Shown here piece after piece: positions 55,368 to 64,000 of a DNA stretch of 64,000 bases (position 1 is its first letter; each line of letters begins with the position of its first letter). Origin of the DNA: a virus. The stretch is from IMG/VR virus record IMGVR_UViG_3300035704_000007, positions 2,946 to 66,945 of that record; one strand, 5' to 3'. A model generated the notes under the pieces. It saw nothing but the letters and a program-made list of their open reading frames with translations, was not told the origin of the DNA and did no database searches. The position numbers and the translations under genes were made by a program.

Positions 55368-56974
55368 TTAACCGAGCGAGCAGCCATTCCGCTCCCGGAG
55401 CCAGTAGTCGCCCGGCCGCAGCACCACGCGATCCAGGCTGTCCGCCAGCGTGAACACCGCTTCGATCTCGCGGTCGGCCAGCTTCGAGGCCGCTTCCACG
55501 GTCACCGGCAGATCGCCGTGAATGGCACGCAGGCTCTCCAGGCGGCGGCAGAGGTCGCTGATGGTCATGGAATTGCCGCCCCCTCGCTGGATGGCCAGCG
55601 CCCGGTCCAGCGGCTGACCCACGGGTTGTGCCCCGCGCAGTCGTCGGTCAGCCGCTGCCCGCCGCAGACCGAGCAGCGCTCCACGTCGCAGCCGACCTCG
55701 TGCGGCTCGCCCACGGGCACGTTGCAGTCAGGACAGCGCGGCATCACCGGCTGCGGCTCGGCGGCGTAAAGCAGCAGGGCGCTCATGTTCGCCTCGGTGC
55801 AGTGCGAGACCGCCATGAACAGGTGCAGGGCCACCCGGGCCCACTCCTGCCGCTGGATGGCCAGGGCGGCGTCTAGGAGCGCCTGCTGAGCGTGGGCGTG
55901 ATACCGCTGCAGCGTATCGAGGGCTTCGCTCAAGGCCCTGACTTCGCTTTCTCGCCGCGATGAATGACCACCTCGCCCGCCGATTCGCCAGCGCCGCGCG
56001 GTGAACGCCATTCAAAGACACCCAACAGCCGCTCGAACGCCGCATCCAGGGTGAGAAACACCTCCGTCCACCCGTCGGTGCTCGATGTCTCGGTGACAAT
56101 ATAGCCATTGTTCGCTTGCTCGATCTCCAGCCGGCGGTTCAAGGCGCTTTGCCCATCAGCGCCACCCCTCCAACCGGATCTTCTGCCGCGTCGGTTGCCA
56201 CGTCGCCCCGCCGTCGGTCGAATACTCCGAACACTCCTTCCGCGCTCCCCGCGCCGGGCCGCCGGCGATGGCCCGCGCCAGTCCCTGATACGCCTGCCAC
56301 TCCTCGGCGGTGAGCGTGCCCGGTATCTCGGGAGAAGGCGGCGGCTCCGGCTTCGGACGCCGGCCAAAGAAGAGGCTCATCCCTTGTTCCTCGTTTCCTT
56401 CTGCCAGTGCAGGAGCCGGGCCAGCTCAGCCTGTTCCGCGCGCCCGAGGAAGATGACGAACTTCTGGCCTTCGCGCGTGAATCGCAGGTGAATGCCTGCT
56501 TCGCCTGAGGGGGCGGTGGCCGCATAGAGATCGAGAGTCCAATCTTTCTCTGCACCCACCTTCATTCTGCAGCCCTCGGCTCATCGTCGGCAACGACGAT
56601 GAGCCAATCCACCAGGTAGCGGCAGAGCGCCAGCCAGTCGTCCCGCTCGGCCGCCGTCCAGCTCTCTCCGGGACCGGGGAGCAGTATCATCAGCCCCGCG
56701 AAGAAGTGACGCTGCGCCTGGTTCGTGATGACCCGGGTCTTCGCAAAGCGGCTCATCCCTCACCCCTGGGCTCGCACCAGCGCTCATCCACCGCCAGCAC
56801 CGCCTCCCGGTCGCGGGCATCGGTATCGGCTACCCGCGCCCGCGTGCGGATCAGCCGGCAGAGTTCCTCGGCCTCGGCTTCGGTGATCACCACCGCGCCG
56901 ACCAGATTCCAGAGGCGGCGCTTCACCTGGGCAAAAAGCTCGGCGTGAATCTGAGCGTAGAGGTCCCCCGCCAT
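55368..56974 (-). other. Cluster of about seven small coupled hypothetical ORFs
   Basis: ORFs ending at 55368, 55565, 55930, 56156, 56377, 56562 and 56753 with stop/start overlaps. Confidence 0.55.
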
Positions 56975-57147
56975 CAGCCCTCACCCCTCCCGTTCCCGTT
57001 GCGCGTCCCGGCCAGCGGCATTCCCTTGTTGCTCCCCGGTTCTGGTTGCACGGCAGGATTGTCAGCCACAAACGGCGAACTAAAGAGTGCGGGGCGCAGC
57101 GTCACCTGCCCCCGCTTCGGCACCGAGAAAGGACCTGGTGTTCCCCG

Positions 57148-57732
57148 ATGCAACTTGATTCTATCGAAGTCTGGATGCCCGTGCCCGGCTATGAAGGGCT
57201 GTACTGTGTCTCCAGCCTGGGGAGGGTCCGCACCAACGCGTCCTCGCCCCGCATATCTCCCGACCGCATTCTGCGGAGCCACCCAACCGGCACTGGCGGC
57301 TATTTGACTGTTTGGCTCCAGGGAAACGGCGCTCCCAAGAATCGCATGATCCACATTCTGGTTGCGGCGGCTTTCATCGGGCCCAAGCCACCGGAAATGA
57401 GCGTCAACCACATCGATGGGGTAAAGACGAACAACCGTGCTTCCAATCTTGAATATCTGACGCGCGAGGGACAGATGCGACACGCTCAGGACATGGGGCT
57501 GACTCGACGCCGGTCCGAACTGCAACCCCCTGCGCGTCGGCCCTATCCCGCGCAGTCGGTCCGCAAGGGAGCGGCGCACCACAACGCGAAGTTGACTGAT
57601 GCGCAGATCGAAGAGATCAGGCGCCGCCGCGTCGCTGGCGAAACCGGCGTTGCCCTGGCCCACGAGTTCGGTATTCATCCTCGCCATCTGCGAGCGATTG
57701 TCAATGGAGGACGTTGGGATCATCGGGAGTGA
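57148..57732 (+). CDS. NUMOD4-HNH homing endonuclease
   Basis: EVWMPVPGYEGLYCVSSLGRVR; IHILVAAAF..VNHIDGVKTNNRASNLEY. Confidence 0.9.
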   Translation: MQLDSIEVWMPVPGYEGLYCVSSLGRVRTNASSPRISPDRILRSHPTGTGGYLTVWLQGNGAPKNRMIHILVAAAFIGPKPPEMSVNHIDGVKTNNRASNLEYLTREGQMRHAQDMGLTRRRSELQPPARRPYPAQSVRKGAAHHNAKLTDAQIEEIRRRRVAGETGVALAHEFGIHPRHLRAIVNGGRWDHRE

Positions 57733-59246
57733 AGTCCTCCCTTGCCATTTCCCGGCACAGTGAGCGGACCTGCTTTGTTTTGCCCAGGTTCCGGATTCGT
57801 TGTCCCAGGCTCCTCGATCTTCGAGCCGGTAATAGAGATCGGCTGCGTCGGCGTCCGCGGTTCCGGCACGTCGGCGCGATCCTTGCCGGTCGCATAGAGC
57901 GCCGCCTCGTCCTGGCTGATATACCCGGCGGAGTAGTTGAACAACGCCGTCTGCGCGCGCAGCGATTCTACCTGCGCGTCGCGCAAAAGCTCGGCGGCCC
58001 GGGCCTCCCCGAAGCGAAACTCGGTGCGCGCCTGCAGCCCTTGCGCCTGAAGAGCCAGGGTCAGGAGGTGTTCCAGCATCCCCTCGCAGAGGTGCTGAAG
58101 GCTCTTGACCCCTTGTATATATTGCTCGTACTGCCTGTTTGCTTGCGTCTCGTTACTTGAGCCTGCTAACCCCATCAGTAAGGGGTTGCTTTTCAGCGCT
58201 CTTTGGAGCATCCTTTCGAGTGCTTCAATCAAGCCGCCAATGCCCGACAGGCTGCTGGCATCGGCTGTCCCGATGGGCCGGTTCAACTTGACTACATCTG
58301 TATGCACATAGCTGTCTTCCGGGCTCAGAGCCGCGAAACTTGCGCCAACTTCCCTTACTACCTCATTCAGCCACTGGTTCATTGACACCGGATCGGCCGC
58401 CAGATCCGGCGGCATGCTCTTCACTAACTCCTCCAGCGACACTTCCACGTCGATCCGCGGGTAGCCCTGCTGCGCCACCACCCTGGCCAGGTCGTGCAGC
58501 AGCCGCAAGGTGAACAGCGCCGTGAACAACGCGGGCGTCGCCATCGGCCGGCCATACGGAGACGCCGGCAGCGGGTCCACCGGCACGTAGCGGATGGTCG
58601 GCACCATCAGCGAAACGGCGAGCCCGCGCTGAAACTGATACGGCTCCCAGATCGGCCCTACCTGCGGATCGAGATAGATCCTGAAGTAGGTCCACACGGC
58701 GTCAGGAACCGCGATATCCAAGGGCATCCGCCCGGCGTTGTCCAGCACCAGTTCGGCCATAAAGGCGCCGCGCAGGAAGGCCAAGACGAAGAGGCGATTG
58801 ATCACCACATCCGCACTGCCGTGGCGCTCTTTCAGCACGTCGAAGAAGGCATCCAAGGCCGCCTGCGCCCGCGTGTCCGGCACGTCGTCCCCGGTGAGGC
58901 TGTATGCCTTGCACTCCCAGCCGGGATTGCCGAGCCGCAGGAGGTTCCAGAGCGCGAGGCTGATCTCCGGCGACAGATCGGCCAGCAGCTCCATCAGTTG
59001 CGGCGTGCCGATCTTGTCGAGGGTCAGCTCGTCCAGATCGAGACCGCGGAAGCGCCTTTCCGGGTCGAAGGGGGCGAGCAAGGTCAGGCCCTGGAGGTAG
59101 GAAATGTTCGGATTGTCGCTGCTGATCCTCAACCTTTTGCCGGCGGCGGCGTGCGTGGGTGGGCGCAGGCCGGCGGGGCTTTTCGGGCTGGCGGGTGGGG
59201 CGGGCTGGATGCCGAGCCAGCTTCTCGCTCTGTCTTTGAGGGTCAA
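57720..59246 (-). CDS. Portal protein
   Basis: About 508 aa; SPYGRP motif; between terminase and head genes; TTG start after GGAGGAGG. Confidence 0.8.
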   Translation of the reverse strand: MTLKDRARSWLGIQPAPPASPKSPAGLRPPTHAAAGKRLRISSDNPNISYLQGLTLLAPFDPERRFRGLDLDELTLDKIGTPQLMELLADLSPEISLALWNLLRLGNPGWECKAYSLTGDDVPDTRAQAALDAFFDVLKERHGSADVVINRLFVLAFLRGAFMAELVLDNAGRMPLDIAVPDAVWTYFRIYLDPQVGPIWEPYQFQRGLAVSLMVPTIRYVPVDPLPASPYGRPMATPALFTALFTLRLLHDLARVVAQQGYPRIDVEVSLEELVKSMPPDLAADPVSMNQWLNEVVREVGASFAALSPEDSYVHTDVVKLNRPIGTADASSLSGIGGLIEALERMLQRALKSNPLLMGLAGSSNETQANRQYEQYIQGVKSLQHLCEGMLEHLLTLALQAQGLQARTEFRFGEARAAELLRDAQVESLRAQTALFNYSAGYISQDEAALYATGKDRADVPEPRTPTQPISITGSKIEEPGTTNPEPGQNKAGPLTVPGNGKGGLHSR

Positions 59247-59247
59247 C

Positions 59248-59424
59248 TTACCGTTCCTCCTCCTGGGATCGCAGGAAGGCTTCAATCGCGGGAGCGAGAG
59301 GGCGCGGGCCCTCATACTTCTCGGGGTGGCAGCGGGGGCAGGGCCGCGTCCAGCCGCCGGGCGCGAGCAGCCCGGTCCCGCCGCACCACTCGCACGGGGG
59401 CGGGTAGACCTGTTTCAGAGACAT
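59248..59424 (-). CDS. Small Zn-finger protein (not in ORF track)
   Basis: MSLKQVYPPPCEWCGGTG..PCPRC; GGAGGAG RBS. Confidence 0.55.
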   Translation of the reverse strand: MSLKQVYPPPCEWCGGTGLLAPGGWTRPCPRCHPEKYEGPRPLAPAIEAFLRSQEEER

Positions 59425-59474
59425 TCCATTCTCCTCCTGCCTCTCACGGAAAACCCTTTCTTGTTCGTCGTCAG

Positions 59475-59547
59475 TGGGTTCCGCAAGTCCCCAGACCCTG
59501 CGCAGGCGGGCTCAATGCCCCCTGCTTTAGCAGCGGGGATAGCTTAC
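59475..59547 (+). ncRNA. Compact orphan TnpB omegaRNA/right-end-like scaffold
   Basis: GCAAGT..CAATGCCCCCTGCTTTAGCAGCGGGGATAGCTTAC; same GCTTAC end as the tnpB element. Confidence 0.55.
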
Positions 59548-59789
59548 TACTTGCCTGCTTTCTTCGCGTCTCGCTGCGCCCGCAAGGTGAGCGCGTTCAC
59601 CGCGTTCGCCAGCTCATGGACCCGCTCTTCCAGCTTCGCCAGGTCGCTCCCCATCACCTGCCGCTCAGCCTCGCCGTGGTGGCAGAAAGGGCACACCAGC
59701 GCCACCACGGGCGCTGTCTGCCCGCTGTAGTCCATCCGCGCGTGGAAGAGCCCGCAGGCCAGGCAGCGATAGGAGGGCGGGAGGGTCAC
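59547..59789 (-). CDS. Small Zn-ribbon protein
   Basis: CLACG..CPFC. Confidence 0.55.
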   Translation of the reverse strand: MTLPPSYRCLACGLFHARMDYSGQTAPVVALVCPFCHHGEAERQVMGSDLAKLEERVHELANAVNALTLRAQRDAKKAGK

Positions 59790-60214
59790 GCTGCTTCCGG
59801 CGTCTCGGGCCGTCCCAGCCAGTCATGCTCCTCCCCGTCGCGCGCGTAATGCTTGTTCCAGATATAATCACTGACCTCTTGCCGCAGATCGTGATAATAC
59901 TCCCGCGCCCGGGCTCGCGCTTCGTCCCGCTCCCGCACTGCCCGGGCGTAATCCTCCCGCCAACGATGCTCGGTTCCGTAGCTGCCGTGGAGAGCGTCGG
60001 CGAGCAGGTTCGCTCGCTCTGCCTCGGCCCGCTGCGAAGCCCGCGCCTCATCCCGCTCCTGCCGCGCTTCATCGCGCTCCTGCCGCGCTTCATCGCGCTC
60101 CCGCGTCAGCGCGGCGATGACGCCGTGCGCTACCGCGCTCACGCCGGGATCGCGCGCCGGCCGCGCTCCCGGCGGCGGGTCGGTTTCTGCCGCATAGCCC
60201 TGCCTTCCTTTCAC
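59786..60214 (-). CDS. Coiled-coil protein with ERDEARQ tandem repeats
   Basis: 21-nt repeats at about 60042-60104. Confidence 0.55.
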   Translation of the reverse strand: MKGRQGYAAETDPPPGARPARDPGVSAVAHGVIAALTRERDEARQERDEARQERDEARASQRAEAERANLLADALHGSYGTEHRWREDYARAVRERDEARARAREYYHDLRQEVSDYIWNKHYARDGEEHDWLGRPETPEAA

Positions 60215-60439
60215 CCGCTCGCCGCGCCCTTCTCGGCCGCCCCGTCCGCCTGCAGGAGCAGATGCCGCGCCAGCCGCCGCGCCGCCCGGGGCGAGAGGCG
60301 CAGGCGCACCTGATCGACGTAACTCTGCCACGTCAGCTCGCCCGGCGCGGCGTCCAACACCACTTCAATCAACGGCTCCCGCACCCGCTCGCCTCCCCGC
60401 CCGCCGGCTCTTCGTGACACTCGCCGCAGTAATCCAGCA

Positions 60440-60967
60440 TCACCAACCTCTCGCTTTCGCGTGCGCCACGATGCCGGCCAGAGGGTTGACCGGTTGCTCT
60501 GACAGCACCAGGAAAGCAGACGAACAGGCGTCAACAATGTCGTCATGGATGCCTGCTGACGGGAAGCTGCACATCTCGTCCACCAGCTTTTGGTTCCACG
60601 CTCCCTGAACAAGCAGCACGTTGCCTGCCTCCATCTGCGAAGCCAGCGGCCCGGCGCGCGTGATCTTGTCGCCGGTGGAGCGCCGCCCCGAGACGCGGTA
60701 GCCGGCGAGCATCGCCACGAGTTGCGCCACCTGGGCGACGCCGGCCGAGCCGGGCTCCTGTTCGATGACCACCTCCACGGCGCGGCCGTCCACTTGGGCC
60801 GTCTGCAGGATGATGTCATTCCTTGGACCAGGCGACCAGCGGCCGTGGACCAGATCCTCTATGTAGAACTTCGTGCCATCGCGGGACATCTTGACGCCGG
60901 CACTCGCGTCTGCGTCCGGCGTTGCTGTGGCGGCGAGGTCCCAAAACCTTACTCGTCTGCAGGGCAT
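60440..60967 (-). CDS. Terminase large subunit, C-terminal nuclease part
   Basis: RFWDLAAT..D.SAG; EQEPGSAG; GDKITRA; FP...HDDIVDA. Confidence 0.85.
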   Translation of the reverse strand: MPCRRVRFWDLAATATPDADASAGVKMSRDGTKFYIEDLVHGRWSPGPRNDIILQTAQVDGRAVEVVIEQEPGSAGVAQVAQLVAMLAGYRVSGRRSTGDKITRAGPLASQMEAGNVLLVQGAWNQKLVDEMCSFPSAGIHDDIVDACSSAFLVLSEQPVNPLAGIVAHAKARGW

Positions 60968-60989
60968 TCCTGATACCGTCGCCTACCGG

Positions 60990-61178
60990 TCACCGATTTG
61001 CCTCGTCAGCAATGCAGCGCCTCTGATGCTCAAGCATGCACGCTTCGCCCGCTTTACCGCGATGACAGATCATCGCCCTACAGATAGGGCAGCGGCGTCG
61101 CTGACGCATAATCGCTGGCCGGCGACAAACCACACAGAGAGGGATAAGGTTGCTCGTGTTGCCTCGCCGCTCTTTCAT
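60990..61178 (-). CDS. Small Cys-rich ORF between the terminase halves
   Basis: CVVC..CPIC..CH..C..H; ATGA-coupled to the ATPase part. Confidence 0.55.
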   Translation of the reverse strand: MKERRGNTSNLIPLCVVCRRPAIMRQRRRCPICRAMICHRGKAGEACMLEHQRRCIADEANR

Positions 61179-62014
61179 GCCGGCCCTGCTTCCACGATCC
61201 GAAACCACTCCCTGCGGAACAGTTTCCCCTCCGGCCGCACGTCCCAATCCCCCTCCAGCAGTTGGCGGCGCGTCACCGGGTCGAGCTGATTGAGCGCCTG
61301 CGTATACTCCTCGGCGTCCAGATACGGGTTGTCCTGCAAGCGCGCCGGCACGAAGACCCGCTCCGGGTCGTCGTGCGGCTCGATGAACCGCTGCTTCACC
61401 CACTCGGCGCCGGGGTTGGTCGCCGCGCGCATCCGAATGGGGATCTTCGAGCCACCCGAGCGCCGGATGCGGCTGAACAGGTAGCGATACGAGCTTTCAC
61501 TGAAGTGGGATAACTCATCGAAGCAAACGAGCGAAAACTCGGCGCCTTGATAGCGATACTTGTCATTCTCCGTCTGCAGGTAGCCGAAGCTGATCGTCGC
61601 TCCCGACGGGAAGCGCCAGGTCTTCTCGGCGTCGTGCCACTTCGCCGCGGTCGGCCGCAGCCATTCGCCGGCCCGGTCCATCAACGCCCCCGGCAGCGCC
61701 AGATCCTGATAGGTGCGCCGGAAGAGGATCGCGGTGTAACCGGGCACCTCGACATACTGCAAAGCGGCCATCAGAAGGCAGTCCGACTTGCCACCGCCAG
61801 CCGCACCGCCAAACAAGGCTTCCCTTGCTTGCACGTCAAGGAACTGCGCCTGCCGGGTCGTCGGGGTGTGCGGGCAGAACGGGATCACTCCCGCCGCCTT
61901 CGCCTTCGCTTTCGGGTTCTGCTTCGTCTTCTCCGCTAACAGCCGCTCGATCAAGAGCAGCCGGAAGTCGTCGGAGTAGACGGTCGCGCTCGGCGCGGAG
62001 TTGGTCCTCATCAT
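61175..62014 (-). CDS. Terminase large subunit, N-terminal ATPase part (start uncertain)
   Basis: FGGAAGGGKS; CFDE; ATNPG; DNPYL; LLEGDW. Confidence 0.9.
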   Translation of the reverse strand: MMRTNSAPSATVYSDDFRLLLIERLLAEKTKQNPKAKAKAAGVIPFCPHTPTTRQAQFLDVQAREALFGGAAGGGKSDCLLMAALQYVEVPGYTAILFRRTYQDLALPGALMDRAGEWLRPTAAKWHDAEKTWRFPSGATISFGYLQTENDKYRYQGAEFSLVCFDELSHFSESSYRYLFSRIRRSGGSKIPIRMRAATNPGAEWVKQRFIEPHDDPERVFVPARLQDNPYLDAEEYTQALNQLDPVTRRQLLEGDWDVRPEGKLFRREWFRIVEAGPA

Positions 62015-62396
62015 AGTTCATCAGTTCCAGCACGAAGCCTGGTAATCCTTCAGCCGAGCGTTCGAGAGCCACGCCTTCTTTGATCGCGGCAATGGCCTCG
62101 CGCCCCTCTTCCACTTCGTGCTTGACGAAGTATTCCACGCCCCGCCGCCGCAGCAGCTCGCCGGCCTTTGCCTGCTCGGCCAGGATGGAAGCCCGCCGCT
62201 GAATGGCCTGCTTCTCTGCTTGCTTCGCCGCTTCCTGGTCGCGGGCATCGGCGCGGGCGTGCCATTTGAACTCGCTGATCCACACCGCGACGGCTTGTTC
62301 CGAAACGGACAAGCGTTCAGCAACAGTCCGTCTACTGCGATCCGACGAGTACCAGATTTCGAACGCATCGATATGGCGCTGGCGTTCCCGCTTCAC
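61836..62396 (-). CDS. Terminase small subunit
   Basis: N-terminal HTH with W..EFKW..RA; immediately upstream of terL. Confidence 0.65.
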   Translation of the reverse strand: MKRERQRHIDAFEIWYSSDRSRRTVAERLSVSEQAVAVWISEFKWHARADARDQEAAKQAEKQAIQRRASILAEQAKAGELLRRRGVEYFVKHEVEEGREAIAAIKEGVALERSAEGLPGFVLELMNYDEDQLRAERDRLLRRLPAALDRAAVSGEDEAEPESEGEGGGSDPVLPAHPDDPAGAVP

Positions 62397-62411
62397 TTTC
62401 CCGCCTGAAAC

Positions 62412-62440
62412 GGAACACGAGCCGCCTGCTTGAGCGTCTT
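62412..62440 (+). promoter_or_regulatory. ECF-type promoter, probably giving a leaderless mRNA
   Basis: GGAACA-N17-CGTCTT, 6 nt before ATG 62447. Confidence 0.55.
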
Positions 62441-62446
62441 ATCAGT

Positions 62447-62656
62447 ATGGAAACGACAAGCCTGGAAGCCCTGATTGCCCGCACGAACGAGACCCGCGAG
62501 CGGATGCGCCGCTTGCAGGTGCGTCACGCCGAGGGCCTCTGCTCTTACGAAGAGATGGTAGACGCGGCGAAAGCGTTCTGCGGCGCCTTCGATGCCTACC
62601 ATAAGGCCAAGTACGGCAAGGGCAAAAAGCTAGATTGGCGTGCCGTCATCCGCTGA
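62447..62656 (+). CDS. Small hypothetical protein
   Basis: Antisense ORF between terS and the methyltransferase. Confidence 0.55.
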   Translation: METTSLEALIARTNETRERMRRLQVRHAEGLCSYEEMVDAAKAFCGAFDAYHKAKYGKGKKLDWRAVIR

Positions 62657-64000
62657 TTCTTCCTCCCCCACGTCCCCGAACTGGCAGTCCGCCGCGATCT
62701 CGGGGATACGCTGCGGATCGCCCCGGTAGAACACGACGACCGACTGGTGCGTCTTCCCTAGCTTGCGATAGCTGCCGAATTGCTTACCCACCCGGATCGG
62801 CAGGGAGCCGACGGCAGTCACCAACACCGCATCGTTATAGAGCCGCATCCCGGCATCCTGAAAGGCGGCGACAGTATCGGCCACGAAGTTGCGATAGAAC
62901 CCTTTCGGGTCGCGCACGTCGCCCACCACGAAGCAGGCGAAGCGGTTCTCCTTCAGCCGCGCCACGGAGGCGGCAATGATCTCGCGATAGGCGGCCAGGA
63001 AAGCCGGATAGGCCAGCGTCGAGAGGTCGCGGGGATCGTCGGAGTAGACTTCCAGGTCCGCATAGGGCGGGCAGGAAAACACGAAATCGAACTCGCCGCC
63101 CACGAGCGGCACACAGTCGCGGCTATCGCCCACGATCCACTCGGGGACCACCCCGATCCGTTCCGCCTGCAGCCGGTTCGCGGCAATCTGCCCCTCGGAA
63201 AGATCGATGCCCACGTAAGAGCGCCCCAGACAGCCGGCCACGATGCCGCGCACGCTGCCCCCCGCGAACGGATCGAGGACCCGCCCCCGCTCGGGACAAA
63301 ACCAGCGGTACGCCAATTCACAGAGAACCGGATCGAAGATGGAGGTGCCCGAGGTCTGCGTCGTTTCCTGTTCGCCATTCCGCACCCGGTACGTGTCAAA
63401 CTCGGCTTGACCTGGGGTCAAGCCGAGTTTCTCCCCGACGACATGCTCCCCGCGCATCAAATCCTGGCCGCTGTTTCGGCCAGGATTTGATGCCATCTTT
63501 CGCCCTTTGCCGTCGCCGCGTACCGTGTGCCCGTCTTCGCCCAAGCGCGCGGCCTGCCGCGCGCTGCCGCCGGGAGAGGCACTGCGATAATGGCTTAGCG
63601 CCTGCTCGGATTCTCCGAGCAGGCCGTTATCACTACCATGTCGTCCAACGAGGGGCGCGGCATAATCCGCCATCTGCGCCCGTGAGTTCTTCAGGTGGCC
63701 TGCTGCGGCCATCAAAGTCGCAGCCTCATCCTTGGTGAGCGGTCGCCCGGCCTCGGCTTCCAGCCGGCGTTTCTGGGCGTAGAAATCAATCGTACTCGTT
63801 GTCTCCGGGTGGGCCTGCTCCAGGTTCACAATCCCCCGCCCTAACTCGCTCTCGATGCCCATCGCCAGCCAGGCCCGCTTCCGCTCCTGCCAATAGCCCT
63901 GCCGGGCGTCTAGCACCGAGAAGGGCGGCACGCCGAACCGTTCCGCTAACGTCACCTTGGCAGCTTCCTGATCGGGCGTGTTGCCGCTCCCCGGCTCCCC
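62630..64000 (-). CDS. DNA amino-methyltransferase (N4C/N6A type), 5' partial
   Basis: LAERFGVPPFSVLDARQGYWQ; TSIFDPVLCE; LDPFAGGSVRG; SCPPYADLE. Confidence 0.85.
   Translation of the reverse strand, partial: GEPGSGNTPDQEAAKVTLAERFGVPPFSVLDARQGYWQERKRAWLAMGIESELGRGIVNLEQAHPETTSTIDFYAQKRRLEAEAGRPLTKDEAATLMAAAGHLKNSRAQMADYAAPLVGRHGSDNGLLGESEQALSHYRSASPGGSARQAARLGEDGHTVRGDGKGRKMASNPGRNSGQDLMRGEHVVGEKLGLTPGQAEFDTYRVRNGEQETTQTSGTSIFDPVLCELAYRWFCPERGRVLDPFAGGSVRGIVAGCLGRSYVGIDLSEGQIAANRLQAERIGVVPEWIVGDSRDCVPLVGGEFDFVFSCPPYADLEVYSDDPRDLSTLAYPAFLAAYREIIAASVARLKENRFACFVVGDVRDPKGFYRNFVADTVAAFQDAGMRLYNDAVLVTAVGSLPIRVGKQFGSYRKLGKTHQSVVVFYRGDPQRIPEIAADCQFGDVGEEESADDGTPI

Noticed and set aside
26153-59849. 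Long antisense ORFs such as 26153-27619, 31345-32313, 41078-42568, 46604-47776 and 58494-59849
   Set aside because: Shadow frames of real genes in high-GC DNA with no recognisable motifs
60968-61175. Group I intron or intein in terL
   Set aside because: No recognisable intron core or intein motifs; the insert is mostly an ORF
1-64000. tRNA, rRNA, reverse transcriptase/DGR or a cas operon
   Set aside because: None recognised by eye; a tRNAscan/Infernal run would be needed to exclude small RNAs

Overview
The whole window is a high-GC temperate siphovirus-like phage genome, circularly permuted and with no host genes or att boundary visible. Left to right it contains: lysis candidates (holin-like ORF, papain-type peptidase), a C5 methyltransferase, a FliA/WhiG-like sigma factor, an AAA_25 replication ATPase with a probable origin, a Cro/CI switch and a large serine integrase. 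Next come two divergent arrays of small genes, most with their own GGAAC-N17-CGTC ECF-type promoter. The minus-strand tail, head and packaging modules follow, carrying many homing-type endonucleases, a TnpB and ThyX, and ending with a split large terminase and a partial amino-methyltransferase. The main finding is at 9188-11068: a stand-alone Cas7/RAMP-like gene directly downstream of a non-coding array of about 95 GGY-NN pentamers organised into six tracts, five ending in a conserved tail. This looks like a minimal RNA-guided system with a discontinuous guide code. Other notable items are a type I-E-like CRISPR mini-array in a moron, two orphan TnpB omegaRNA-like scaffolds, and two IPT-protein/ECF-sigma gene pairs. 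All calls come from reading the sequence by eye; no database searches or folding programs were run.
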